This document shows, piece after piece, positions 1 through 8,900 of a stretch of 47,772 nt of DNA. This DNA comes from Candidatus Staskawiczbacteria bacterium (GTDB taxonomy: Bacteria > Patescibacteriota > Minisyncoccia > Minisyncoccales > Staskawiczbacteraceae): positions 1-47,772 of the forward strand of contig JBEKVX010000002.1 in NCBI GenBank assembly GCA_049513595.1, in the 5' to 3' direction. Position numbers and translations under genes: made by a program. The notes under the pieces are model-generated. The model saw only the letters and a program-made list of their open reading frames with translations, did no database searches and had not been told where the DNA came from. Numbering within the stretch: the stretch's first letter is position 1; each line of letters begins with the position of its first letter.

Positions 1-521
1 GGAGCAGCAACAGAAGAACCATTCGCGCTTAAATTTTGCCTTTCTATTATAAAGCTATTTCCATTGACTGCTGTGACATTTCCGGAAAAAGAAAAATGCT
101 CTAAGGGATTGCCATTGTCAGTAATAGAAGTTATTGATATTGGGTTAGCAGAAATGGTTCCAAAAATTTGGATCACATCATCTGGCTTAATATCGGAAGC
201 AGAAAGATTCTGAACGTTTTTGCCGTAACCTTTGGTTATTTTAACGCTAGACGCATCTATCTTGTAGGTCATTGTTATTGCTCCTTGCACGGTAATTGTA
301 TTTCCATCAACCGCTGTTATTTTGCCCGAAGCAACTGGCCGCGCGGTTGTTGGCGTTTCGTTTTTCTTTACTGCGCTGCTGCCCCCAAACATATTTTTAA
401 GCGAATCCAATAATCCAGCTGATCCCGACTGATTATTTTTGGCTATTATCACCACTCCCAAGACCACGAAAACTACCAACAGAACTGCGCAAAGAACAAC
501 TAAAATATTTTTTTGATCCAT
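1..521 (-). CDS. Hypothetical membrane-anchored protein, C-terminally truncated by the window edge
   Basis: Absent from the ORF track because it runs off the left edge. ATG at 521 (complement). Hand translation MDQKNILVVLCAVLLVVFVVLGVVIIAKNN...GKITAVDGNTITVQG... stays open to nt 1. One N-terminal hydrophobic helix. Confidence 0.55.
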   Translation of the reverse strand, partial: MDQKNILVVLCAVLLVVFVVLGVVIIAKNNQSGSAGLLDSLKNMFGGSSAVKKNETPTTARPVASGKITAVDGNTITVQGAITMTYKIDASSVKITKGYGKNVQNLSASDIKPDDVIQIFGTISANPISITSITDNGNPLEHFSFSGNVTAVNGNSFIIERQNLSANGSSVAA

Positions 522-611
522 GTTTTTATTAAATTATGCAAATAATATCAATAATATTTTTTAATTATAAATCTGTTAAACATTATAATCAAGCCAGCCG
601 AATATTTTATT

Positions 612-1514
612 TTAGAAAACCAGCAAAGCTAATCCTGCCACTATCAGAATTATGGAAACTATTTTCTGAAAAATAATTTTTTTAGATATTTCCTCCTTCA
701 AAATTTTTGGAAAGAAAATAGAAAGAAATAACGTCATTAAAAAAAGAAAAATATACTGAACGCCCCTTAAAGAATTAACTATGGGCAAAAAAGCTACCGG
801 AGCCAAAAATATTGCGAAACTCTGAAGAATGTTGGCAAGTCCGCCGGATGCTTGCGAACAAATAAAAAGTGACATTGTTTTTTTATCCAAAATGCCTTTT
901 TTTTCAAAAATTTCTTTTCTGGAGTTTCTGCTTAGAAGAAAAACCAAAGCAAATAAAAATACGAATATATTTATCCATATCAATCCCTGAAAAAACGGCT
1001 GATTGAAAAAAACAAATTTTTGAAAAACATAATTTAAGGAAAACATTAAAGAAGAAAAAATTGTAATTTTAAAATAACTGCCGGTTGCCTTGGAATTTTT
1101 TTCAAAAGAAATAATTATGCTTCCTGCTATCAACAAAATAAAAGCTAAAATGTTTGTTTTACTCATTGCCACAGCTCCGAAAAACAGCCATGTCAAAACA
1201 AAAATAAGTATCGGCTGGGTGGCTCCGATGGTTGTCATAACTTTAGAGACATCAAATTTCTCTATGGCATAAAACATTGCGTACAAACCAATGACATAAA
1301 CAAGAGCCGCAAGAATAATCCATAAAAGAGCCGCTGAGCCAGGAAAGCGAAATTTTATAAAAGGTATTAAAACAACAACCAGCACGCTCAAAACGCCTAC
1401 AAAAAAAGTGTAAGAACTTGCTTTCGGCCTGCCAGATAAAACCAGCTTATCGCCCAAATAAGCCAGAGAAAAAAACAAACAGGCAGAAGTTATTGCAAAA
1501 ATCCAGGAAATCAT
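612..1514 (-). CDS. EamA/DMT-superfamily-like permease (about 10 TM helices)
   Basis: 300-aa ORF that is hydrophobic throughout, with two similar 5-TM halves typical of EamA transporters. The family call is from overall pattern only. Confidence 0.6.
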   Translation of the reverse strand: MISWIFAITSACLFFSLAYLGDKLVLSGRPKASSYTFFVGVLSVLVVVLIPFIKFRFPGSAALLWIILAALVYVIGLYAMFYAIEKFDVSKVMTTIGATQPILIFVLTWLFFGAVAMSKTNILAFILLIAGSIIISFEKNSKATGSYFKITIFSSLMFSLNYVFQKFVFFNQPFFQGLIWINIFVFLFALVFLLSRNSRKEIFEKKGILDKKTMSLFICSQASGGLANILQSFAIFLAPVAFLPIVNSLRGVQYIFLFLMTLFLSIFFPKILKEEISKKIIFQKIVSIILIVAGLALLVF

Positions 1515-1674
1515 TATTTCGTATTTAATATTTGTATTTAGTATATTGTATCATAAAATATGGAAAATAGTTGTTTTCCCTTGCAATACATGGTAGTATT
1601 AAAATGGAAACAATTAAAAATAATTAATTTTCGATATTAGTTATGGTTAAATAACTAAATCGAACAGTAAATTC

Positions 1675-1932
1675 ATGGCAAGAAAAGCAAATTCGGCTTT
1701 CATGAAGCCGATGAAACTCACCGCTGCCTTAGAAGCAGTTGTGGGTAAGGGTCCTATGCCAAGGTCTCAAGTTGTAAAAAAACTTTGGGCTTATATCAAA
1801 AAAAACGGCTTGCAGGACCCAAAAAAGAGAAGAAACATAGTCGCTGACGCCAAATTGAAAGTGATATTTGGCGGAAAAGGCGTGGTAGATATGTTTGAGA
1901 TGACAAAATTGGTTTCAAAACATTTGTCATAA
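1675..1932 (+). CDS. SWIB/MDM2 domain protein
   Basis: 85-aa ORF with PMKLTAALEAVVGKGPMPRSQVVKKLWAYIKKNGLQDPKKRRNIVADAKLKVIFG, the classic SWIB signature. Followed by a terminator hairpin. Confidence 0.85.
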   Translation: MARKANSAFMKPMKLTAALEAVVGKGPMPRSQVVKKLWAYIKKNGLQDPKKRRNIVADAKLKVIFGGKGVVDMFEMTKLVSKHLS

Positions 1933-1952
1933 TCAAACTATAAACTATAACT

Positions 1953-1979
1953 AAAAAACCCTTATATTTAGGGTTTTTT
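1953..1979. terminator. Bidirectional rho-independent terminator between convergent genes
   Basis: aaaaaaccc-ttatattta-gggtttttt: a GC-closed hairpin flanked by an A-run and a T-run. Confidence 0.7.
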
Positions 1980-1996
1980 AGTTATAGTGCTGTAAT

Positions 1997-3049
1997 TTAT
2001 GGAGTTCCTATCACTGATGCTACATTATCAAATTTGTCCGGGTCTTTATCAACATTATTTGGGTCAATTGTTATCACTACAGAATAAGTTGTTCCTGGAG
2101 TGTAGGTAAGTCCCCAGGTGCTATACGGATAACTTACTGTTGGGCAGGATCCAGGGGTGTAAGCTCCCGACACATCAACCATTTGAGTATTTCCATTCAT
2201 TGTTATCTGTACAGGAAAAGATGTTAAGGCCTGTGTGCCGCTATTACAAAATGTTGCCTGCAAGCCAGAGGATTTCAAAATCGCGCTTCTCACCGCCATG
2301 CTGACGCCAGTTAGCGAGGGAACGGTTAGTGTGCTTGTTCCGCCTACAGGGTATACGAGCTGGCCGTGCTTGTACACATTATTGGGGTCAACAAGCGCGA
2401 CAGCGGTGAAAGTTGATCCAGGGTCAAAACTAAGCCCCCAGGTTGAATATAGCCACGTATCTGTGACGCATGCGCCTGCCTGGTCGGCTCCTGGTTCTTC
2501 AAAATCACGGTTGATGCCGTTAAGTCGGATTCTGAAAGGAGCTGTGGGAAGATTGTCTGTGCCATTATTACAGAATGTTGCGCTTACTCCATTTTGGTTT
2601 AAAACCATATTTGTTACCGACAAACTTGCCGTAATATTTGGCGTGTATGACTTCATGCAGCCATAAAGCGCCAGCAATTTTAATCTGGTATTGGTGCCCA
2701 CATTCCCTGTGCCATGAGTCAGCCCGAATGGAGCCAATATATCCTGACTGTATCTTTCCTGGAATGCCTTTACTGCTACCGCTGTGCTTTGCCCGTAAGT
2801 TCCCATTTCTCCTGAAGCAACAGCGAATCCTTCATTTGTTAATGCAAGCTGCAAACTTAATACTTGAATCTCAACCGAAGGGTCGCTTGAAGCGCCCATT
2901 TTTAAATTGGTTGATAAATTAATACAACCATATTGCGATGGATTAGAAGCTATAGGAATACCTTGAGTAACAGCGGTTTGGGCAAAGATGGCAAAGGGCA
3001 GCGCCAACAAACCAGCGGAAATAAATAAAGCAATCAATTTTTTATTCAT
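1997..3049 (-). CDS. Secreted protein with a peptidoglycan-binding-like domain and two CARDB-like repeats
   Basis: Signal peptide MNKKLIALFISAGLLALPFAIFA. PG_binding_1-like segment (VLSLQLALTNEGF...GQSTAVAVKAFQERY). Two homologous about 100-aa repeats (GVSATFCNNGTDNLPTAPFRIRLNG / GLQATFCNSGTQALTSFPVQITMNG, each ending ...DPNNV). Confidence 0.65.
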   Translation of the reverse strand: MNKKLIALFISAGLLALPFAIFAQTAVTQGIPIASNPSQYGCINLSTNLKMGASSDPSVEIQVLSLQLALTNEGFAVASGEMGTYGQSTAVAVKAFQERYSQDILAPFGLTHGTGNVGTNTRLKLLALYGCMKSYTPNITASLSVTNMVLNQNGVSATFCNNGTDNLPTAPFRIRLNGINRDFEEPGADQAGACVTDTWLYSTWGLSFDPGSTFTAVALVDPNNVYKHGQLVYPVGGTSTLTVPSLTGVSMAVRSAILKSSGLQATFCNSGTQALTSFPVQITMNGNTQMVDVSGAYTPGSCPTVSYPYSTWGLTYTPGTTYSVVITIDPNNVDKDPDKFDNVASVIGTP

Positions 3050-3215
3050 TTTGATTTTTTTATATTTTTTATTTAGTTAATAAGTTAATACAAATTTTAT
3101 GTTTTTTGCTGTCGACCTTTTAAAAATTTATTTATATTTTTATTATATTTTAGCACAACATATCCCGTCAAGTTCTTTATTCAATCTTGCTTGTGTATAA
3201 CTTATCTCCTGACAA

Positions 3216-3542
3216 TTAATGGGTTGCTGGCAAATGGGTTGCTGGCACGCAATTACTATCAACAGCGCATTGGCTTATCCCTATGCCGGGTAAAACCACG
3301 CATTTTTGATTGACGCACTGCGTGTGGGTTGTTGGTGTTGCCAACACGCAATTGCCATTAGTAGAACATTGATTTTTCCCAGCACCGGCTACAACAACAC
3401 ATTTTTGATTAACACATTGCATGTGGGTCGACAGGGGAAAAGAAAGAGCTGCCGAATTTATTTTGTTATCAACCAGCATGCCTACAACAAAACACAAGAC
3501 AGCTATCACCACAATAACTATTATTAAAAGGGACTTTTTCAT
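3216..3542 (-). CDS. Small membrane-anchored Cys-rich repeat protein
   Basis: N-terminal TM helix followed by two copies of the unit QCVNQKCVV.(A/P)G.G..QC....NCV.AT. Confidence 0.5.
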   Translation of the reverse strand: MKKSLLIIVIVVIAVLCFVVGMLVDNKINSAALSFPLSTHMQCVNQKCVVVAGAGKNQCSTNGNCVLATPTTHTQCVNQKCVVLPGIGISQCAVDSNCVPATHLPATH

Positions 3543-3736
3543 ATTGTTTTATTTTTTGCCTTTTAAATAAACAAATTTAGCTGTTAATGGCGAAAATTGT
3601 TTTTTTAATAAGTGCTATAAATTACTTAATTATAAGTCCGCATAAAAAGATGTCAATATCTGTTTTTTTGGGTTTATTGACATCCATAAATTAAATAAAA
3701 ATATAGCCCAAAAAGCCGACCTAAGCTCAAATATTA

Positions 3737-4108
3737 CTATTTTAGCCGCTCGCGCACCCTGTTTACCACATCTTCAATTTTCCAATCAGTTTTGATAAGA
3801 TATTCTCCGAGTCCGTCCATAACTTCTAAGGCCTTCGAGATATCTGTCGGAGAGCTTAAATTGGTCAATATAATTACCGGAGCATGCTTGCCCCATTCAT
3901 CCTGCCTTAATTTTTTAAGCATAGTAAGCCCATCCATTTTAGGCAAAAGGATATCAAGCAATATCAAGTCCGGTTTTGCGGACAACGCAGAAGCAAGGCC
4001 TTCCTCTCCATCCCCCGCTTTTATAATTTCGAATCCTTCTTTGGTAAGATTGTCTGCGAGAGTTGAAAGCAAAATAGGGTCATCCTCCACGATTAAGATT
4101 TTTTTCAT
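3737..4108 (-). CDS. Stand-alone response-regulator receiver (CheY-like, no output domain)
   Basis: KILIVEDD...DLILLDILLPKMDG...PVIILTNL...K pattern (acidic pocket, phospho-Asp, T/S, K). 123 aa. Confidence 0.9.
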   Translation of the reverse strand: MKKILIVEDDPILLSTLADNLTKEGFEIIKAGDGEEGLASALSAKPDLILLDILLPKMDGLTMLKKLRQDEWGKHAPVIILTNLSSPTDISKALEVMDGLGEYLIKTDWKIEDVVNRVRERLK

Positions 4109-4120
4109 AAGTATGGTTTT

Positions 4121-5911
4121 TTATTTTTTAATTTTTTCGACTCCTTTTTTAAGATATGATTCCATTTTTGTAATATTTTCCCGAAGCCGCTTGAGGGCAT
4201 ATTCATCATCTGAGGTGGCCGCGGTTTTAAAGGCCTCTAAAAGTTTTTCGACATCATCTTCGATAAGCTTAAATATTTTTGTAATTTCTGACCCGGTAAA
4301 TTCCACCCGTAATGCCAGCTTTTGTTGTCTCTTCTTATAAAACCATACTCCGCCTCCGAATCCTATCACTAATATCAAAAGCAAAAGCAAGGCGGCGCCG
4401 CCAGCTCCAAGCTGAAACGACCCTATCTGAATTATGGGTTTTTCTGTAACTTGTATTGTTTCTGACTTGACAGGAATACTCAATGCTCCTCTCGCATCTT
4501 GGGCGGCAGCAAAAATATTATAATCTCCAGTTTTTAACGGAGAGTCAATCTTCATTGCCCAGACGCCTTTTTCGTCGGCATTTGTTGTGAAAGAATAAAT
4601 TAAATTATTTTTTTGGTCTCTAACTTCTAAAATTATTGATATATTGGGCAATGATGTCCCATTTATAACCAGCCCTCCTTCTCCTGCGAATACGTTGGTA
4701 GTTACTGAAAATATTTTAGGTGACTCTATCGGTAAAATTTCAAACTGCGCCGTGCTTTCAACTTTGTTGCCGGCTTTATCCTGGGCTCCGACCTTGATTG
4801 TATGCTTTCCCGGTTTCTGCGGGGGCAAGGTGTAGGACTTTGAATTAACATTGACCATCTCGTTCGAATCTATCTGAATATAATAATGGTCTATCCCCGA
4901 AAGCTGGTCATTTGCCTGATAAGTAATAACCGGCGTTGGATTATTTGAAGACAGGCCGTCAGAAAATTTAATATCAAAAGTAGAAGGCGGAACAGTGTCT
5001 ACTGCTATGCGATAATGATTGGTTTCGCCGCATCCTATATTGTTGCAAAACCTGACATTTAAATACCAGACGCCATCTGAAAGCGCTGAAAATGTTTGGT
5101 TATCAAAAATACCCGCTGATGTTGTGGGCTCAAATGACGGGTCTTTATCCAAATCAGTAGCAACGGCGCTTACATCTTTTGGAAGCTGCCAGTTTGCAGA
5201 AAATTTAGAAGAAGTATTATACCACTTGGCTGGGTCTGGATATAATGGAACTATCACAGCTGGCTTTGCCGGACCTGTGTCTGATGTAATCGGTGTTCTT
5301 TCAATTGTTTGAACCTGCGCAGCGCTGGCAGTTGCGGCGGAAGCAACAGTTATGGTGCTTTTGTTCATTGCAGAAAGCACATTAGTGCCGCTGCCATCTG
5401 ACGCAGTCACCGCCCCATCAGTAAAAATAAGGTCTGACTGGCCCAAACCCTTTGCTTTAAAAACAACTCTTATCACCTGAAGCGATTTTCCAAGCAAACC
5501 GCTGGCCGAGCCGCCAATAAAAGTTATTTGTCCGGCAGTATTGTCAAAGGTTGGGTCTTGAATCCAAAAATTAAAGACAGAACTGGTCTTATCAATGCTC
5601 ACAACCTGCAAGATGGCGGGAGAAAATTTAATTGTTGCCTGAGCCGCATTTACTCCAACATCTTCGCTGTCAATTTTTATATCAGCATTAAATTGGTCTC
5701 CAACCTTATAAGTATCTTTAGCTGTGTTAATGCTTAAAGTCGCGCCGCTCTGGGCTGGCCCGGTTTGTCCTGCTGGAACTGACCCGGTTAAAGCTGCTGG
5801 TTGGAATAATAAATCACCGGGCATCGCGTATCTGACAAAAACAAAAACAATAATCGCTAGTAAAATAATTGATAAAATAATTCCGGATTTTTTGGAAAAA
5901 TTAAATTTCAT
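4121..5911 (-). CDS. Bitopic membrane protein with a cohesin-like module
   Basis: N-terminal helix GIILSIILLAIIVFVFV. Cohesin-like segment TYKVGDQFNADIKIDSEDVGVNAAQATIKFSPAILQVVSIDK...GKSLQVIRVVFKAKGLGQSDLIF. C-terminal TM AALLLLLILVIGFGGGVWFY plus an about 65-aa charged tail. Confidence 0.7.
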   Translation of the reverse strand: MKFNFSKKSGIILSIILLAIIVFVFVRYAMPGDLLFQPAALTGSVPAGQTGPAQSGATLSINTAKDTYKVGDQFNADIKIDSEDVGVNAAQATIKFSPAILQVVSIDKTSSVFNFWIQDPTFDNTAGQITFIGGSASGLLGKSLQVIRVVFKAKGLGQSDLIFTDGAVTASDGSGTNVLSAMNKSTITVASAATASAAQVQTIERTPITSDTGPAKPAVIVPLYPDPAKWYNTSSKFSANWQLPKDVSAVATDLDKDPSFEPTTSAGIFDNQTFSALSDGVWYLNVRFCNNIGCGETNHYRIAVDTVPPSTFDIKFSDGLSSNNPTPVITYQANDQLSGIDHYYIQIDSNEMVNVNSKSYTLPPQKPGKHTIKVGAQDKAGNKVESTAQFEILPIESPKIFSVTTNVFAGEGGLVINGTSLPNISIILEVRDQKNNLIYSFTTNADEKGVWAMKIDSPLKTGDYNIFAAAQDARGALSIPVKSETIQVTEKPIIQIGSFQLGAGGAALLLLLILVIGFGGGVWFYKKRQQKLALRVEFTGSEITKIFKLIEDDVEKLLEAFKTAATSDDEYALKRLRENITKMESYLKKGVEKIKK

Positions 5912-5929
5912 GGTTGAACCATTTTAACT

Positions 5930-8900
5930 TTATTGTATTCGAAGGGTTCTGATAAAAATACTGAAGTCCGAAGCGTCTACTTTTCCATCACCATTGAGAT
6001 CGTCAAGCAATCTTGTTGCCGGGTCTGTTGAAAGCCAGTGCGCAAGAAAAATACTCCAGTCGCTTATATCTATTTTACCATCATTGTTGAAGTCCGTCTT
6101 GGGAACAAGAAGATTTGTGGTAAAGAAAACTTTTTGCGGAGAAAATTCGCTCTGCACTCCGTCAAAAGTAACCTGGCGGGCGCGTATTGTGTGGCTGCCA
6201 ATATCTAATAAAGCTGTGTTGTAAAGATATTTGTAAGACCCGTCGGTTCCAGCCGTTATGTCTGCGGCAATCAGTTGCCCGTCAACTTCAATTAATAATT
6301 TGCTTGACGGAGCTGCATATCCGACAACTGCCAAAAAATCTCCTTTTGTTATGGTTGGACGCGGGAATCCAATTGTTGGCGATACGATAATATTATTTAC
6401 TTCCAGCACGGAATCTGCATTAAGCAAATTCAAATCATAAACTTTGCTTTGGGCGATGCGGCCGTCCTTGTCTTGAACCAACAAAGCAAAAGCCCTGGCT
6501 CCGACAGACAAACCAGTAAATGTTATTTTAAAACTTCCGTCGCTAGAAGAAGCAGCGCCTTGCTTAATAACATTTTCAGTTGCTGTAACTGCTGCTATGC
6601 TTAAATTTGCCCCAGGATAAGCTCTGCCAGAAAAAGAAACTCCTCCAACTGGAGGCGCGTAGCCGCCACTCATACCGCCTATAAAAACTGGCGGCGACGC
6701 AGAAAAATTTATTTGAGCTGCAGAGCTGACATCTAATCCAGTTGTTTGCGTATCGGACAAAGACAATAAAACTATTTCAGCGGTGGCATCGTTAATTTGA
6801 ATTGTTCCTACTCCATTTATAATATTTACAAGCCCTGCGCCAGTTGCCGTGCCGCTGGTATTTAATGTGACTCCAGTTTGATAGGTCGTGTCAATATTGC
6901 TATTTGCATCTTCTGCTTGCACAACAACGCTTGCTGGTACTCCGATTTGGCTGGCGTCAGGACTTAAAATCACAAAACGCGTAGCCACAATCGGAATAGT
7001 GCTTACAGTTACAGAGTCCGCATCGTCGGCAACCCCTGCATTGCCATTGGGAGTTGGGGTGCTGTCTGAAACAGTAATAATCCATGTTCCCGGCGTCTCG
7101 TCATAATACCAAAAGTTGGCAGATGAATGCCCGTCATCAACAGGAATGGAGGTTACAGCGAGCCCTCCTGTTGCGCTGTCATAAAATTTTGCGTTTGCTC
7201 CAGTTGAAGAAGTGTAAAGATAAACAAGAGTAACTCCTGCTGTAACCGGGTTTCCAAACTGGTCTTGCCTGCTTACCGTGTACTCTAATCTTGTGCTGGC
7301 TGTCATATCTCCCGGATTATTTAAAATAAATTTTGCGACAGGCCCGGCTGACACTGTCACTGAATCCGATATATCGGCAATTCCTGCCGGGCCGTCTGGA
7401 GCCGTAGAATTATCAGAAACCACAACGCTTGCTGTTTCAGCTTTTTCATCGTAATACCAGAACTGGGCTGAAGAATTTCCATCAGTAATGTTTACAAAAG
7501 TAATTACGCTGCCTGAGCTTGCCGAGTCATAGAATTTTTTAGTAATTGCCGAGGGCAATCCATAAAGATAAACTGTTGTAGCTCCGCCTGTGACAAGGTT
7601 TCCAAATTGGTCTTTGCGGGTAACAGTATATCCCAAACGAGTTCCAGCTGACATGTCTCCAGGATTATTTATAGCAAATTGAGCAACAGCTCCGGTTGAA
7701 AAAATAATGCTTGCAGTAGAGCTAACGTTTAAATTAGTAGTTTGCGAATCGGTCAAACTCAAGTTGACTGTTTCTGCAGCAGTGTCTCGGATATTCATTG
7801 TTCCCACGCCATTTGCGATAGGCACTAATCCCCCGCCAGTGCCAGAACTTGTGTTTAATGTGACGCCAGTTTGAATAGTAGCATCAACATTTCCATTTGC
7901 ATCCTGCGCTTGAATTGTTACAGAAACCGGGGCGTCAACTGTTCCGTTTCCCGGATTTAAGATAACATATCTGGTGGCAACAATTGGCGCGGCATTCACC
8001 ACAACGGCATCTGTTCCATCTGTTATGCCGTTTATCCCGCCGGGAGCTGCAGAATTATCAGAGGCAGTAATTGTGTAAGTTCCCGGCGTCTCGTCATAAT
8101 ACCAAAAGTTGGCCGAAGAATTTCCATTAGCAATAGTTATTGAAAGAATGACGTTTCCATTAATTGACGCATCATAAAAAGCAAGCGGTCCGGGGGAATT
8201 GCTGTATAAATAAACTACGCTATCGCCGCTTGTTACTAAGTTATTAAACTGGTCTCGCCTGCTTACCGTGTATCCCAGCCGCGTGGCAGCTGTCATATCT
8301 CCAGGATTATTTAAAATAAATTTTGCAACAGGCCCGGCCGTAACTGCAAGGGAATCTACGCCATCTGTTATGCCGTTTATCCCGCCGGGAGCCGAAGGAT
8401 TATCAGAGGCAGTAATAGAATATGTCCCTGGCGCTTCGTCATAATACCAGAAGTTGGCAGCTGATTGTCCGTCAGCAATAATTATTGAAGTGATAATATT
8501 TCCGCTGGTTGCTGCATCGTAGAATTTTTTATTAGCGCCCGACGAAGTAGAATAAAAATATACCGTGGTCGCTCCAGCAGTAGTCAAATTATTGTATTGG
8601 TCTTTGCGGATAACAGTATATTGAGCCCTTGAACCAGCTGCCAAAGTTACCGGATGAGAAAGAACGAATCGGGCAGTCGCGCCGCCGGCAAAAACAACTG
8701 GCTGGGTTGATGAAACATCCAATCCGGTAGTTTGTGAATCAGTCAAAGATAATGTAATTGTTTCTGCAACTGTATCTGAAATATTTTTAGTGCCTACTCC
8801 ATTAATAATATTTACCAAGCCGCCGCCAGTTGCCGCACCAGTTGTGTTTAACGTAACGTCATTTTGATAATTTGTATCTACGCTATTATCCGGCTTCTGC

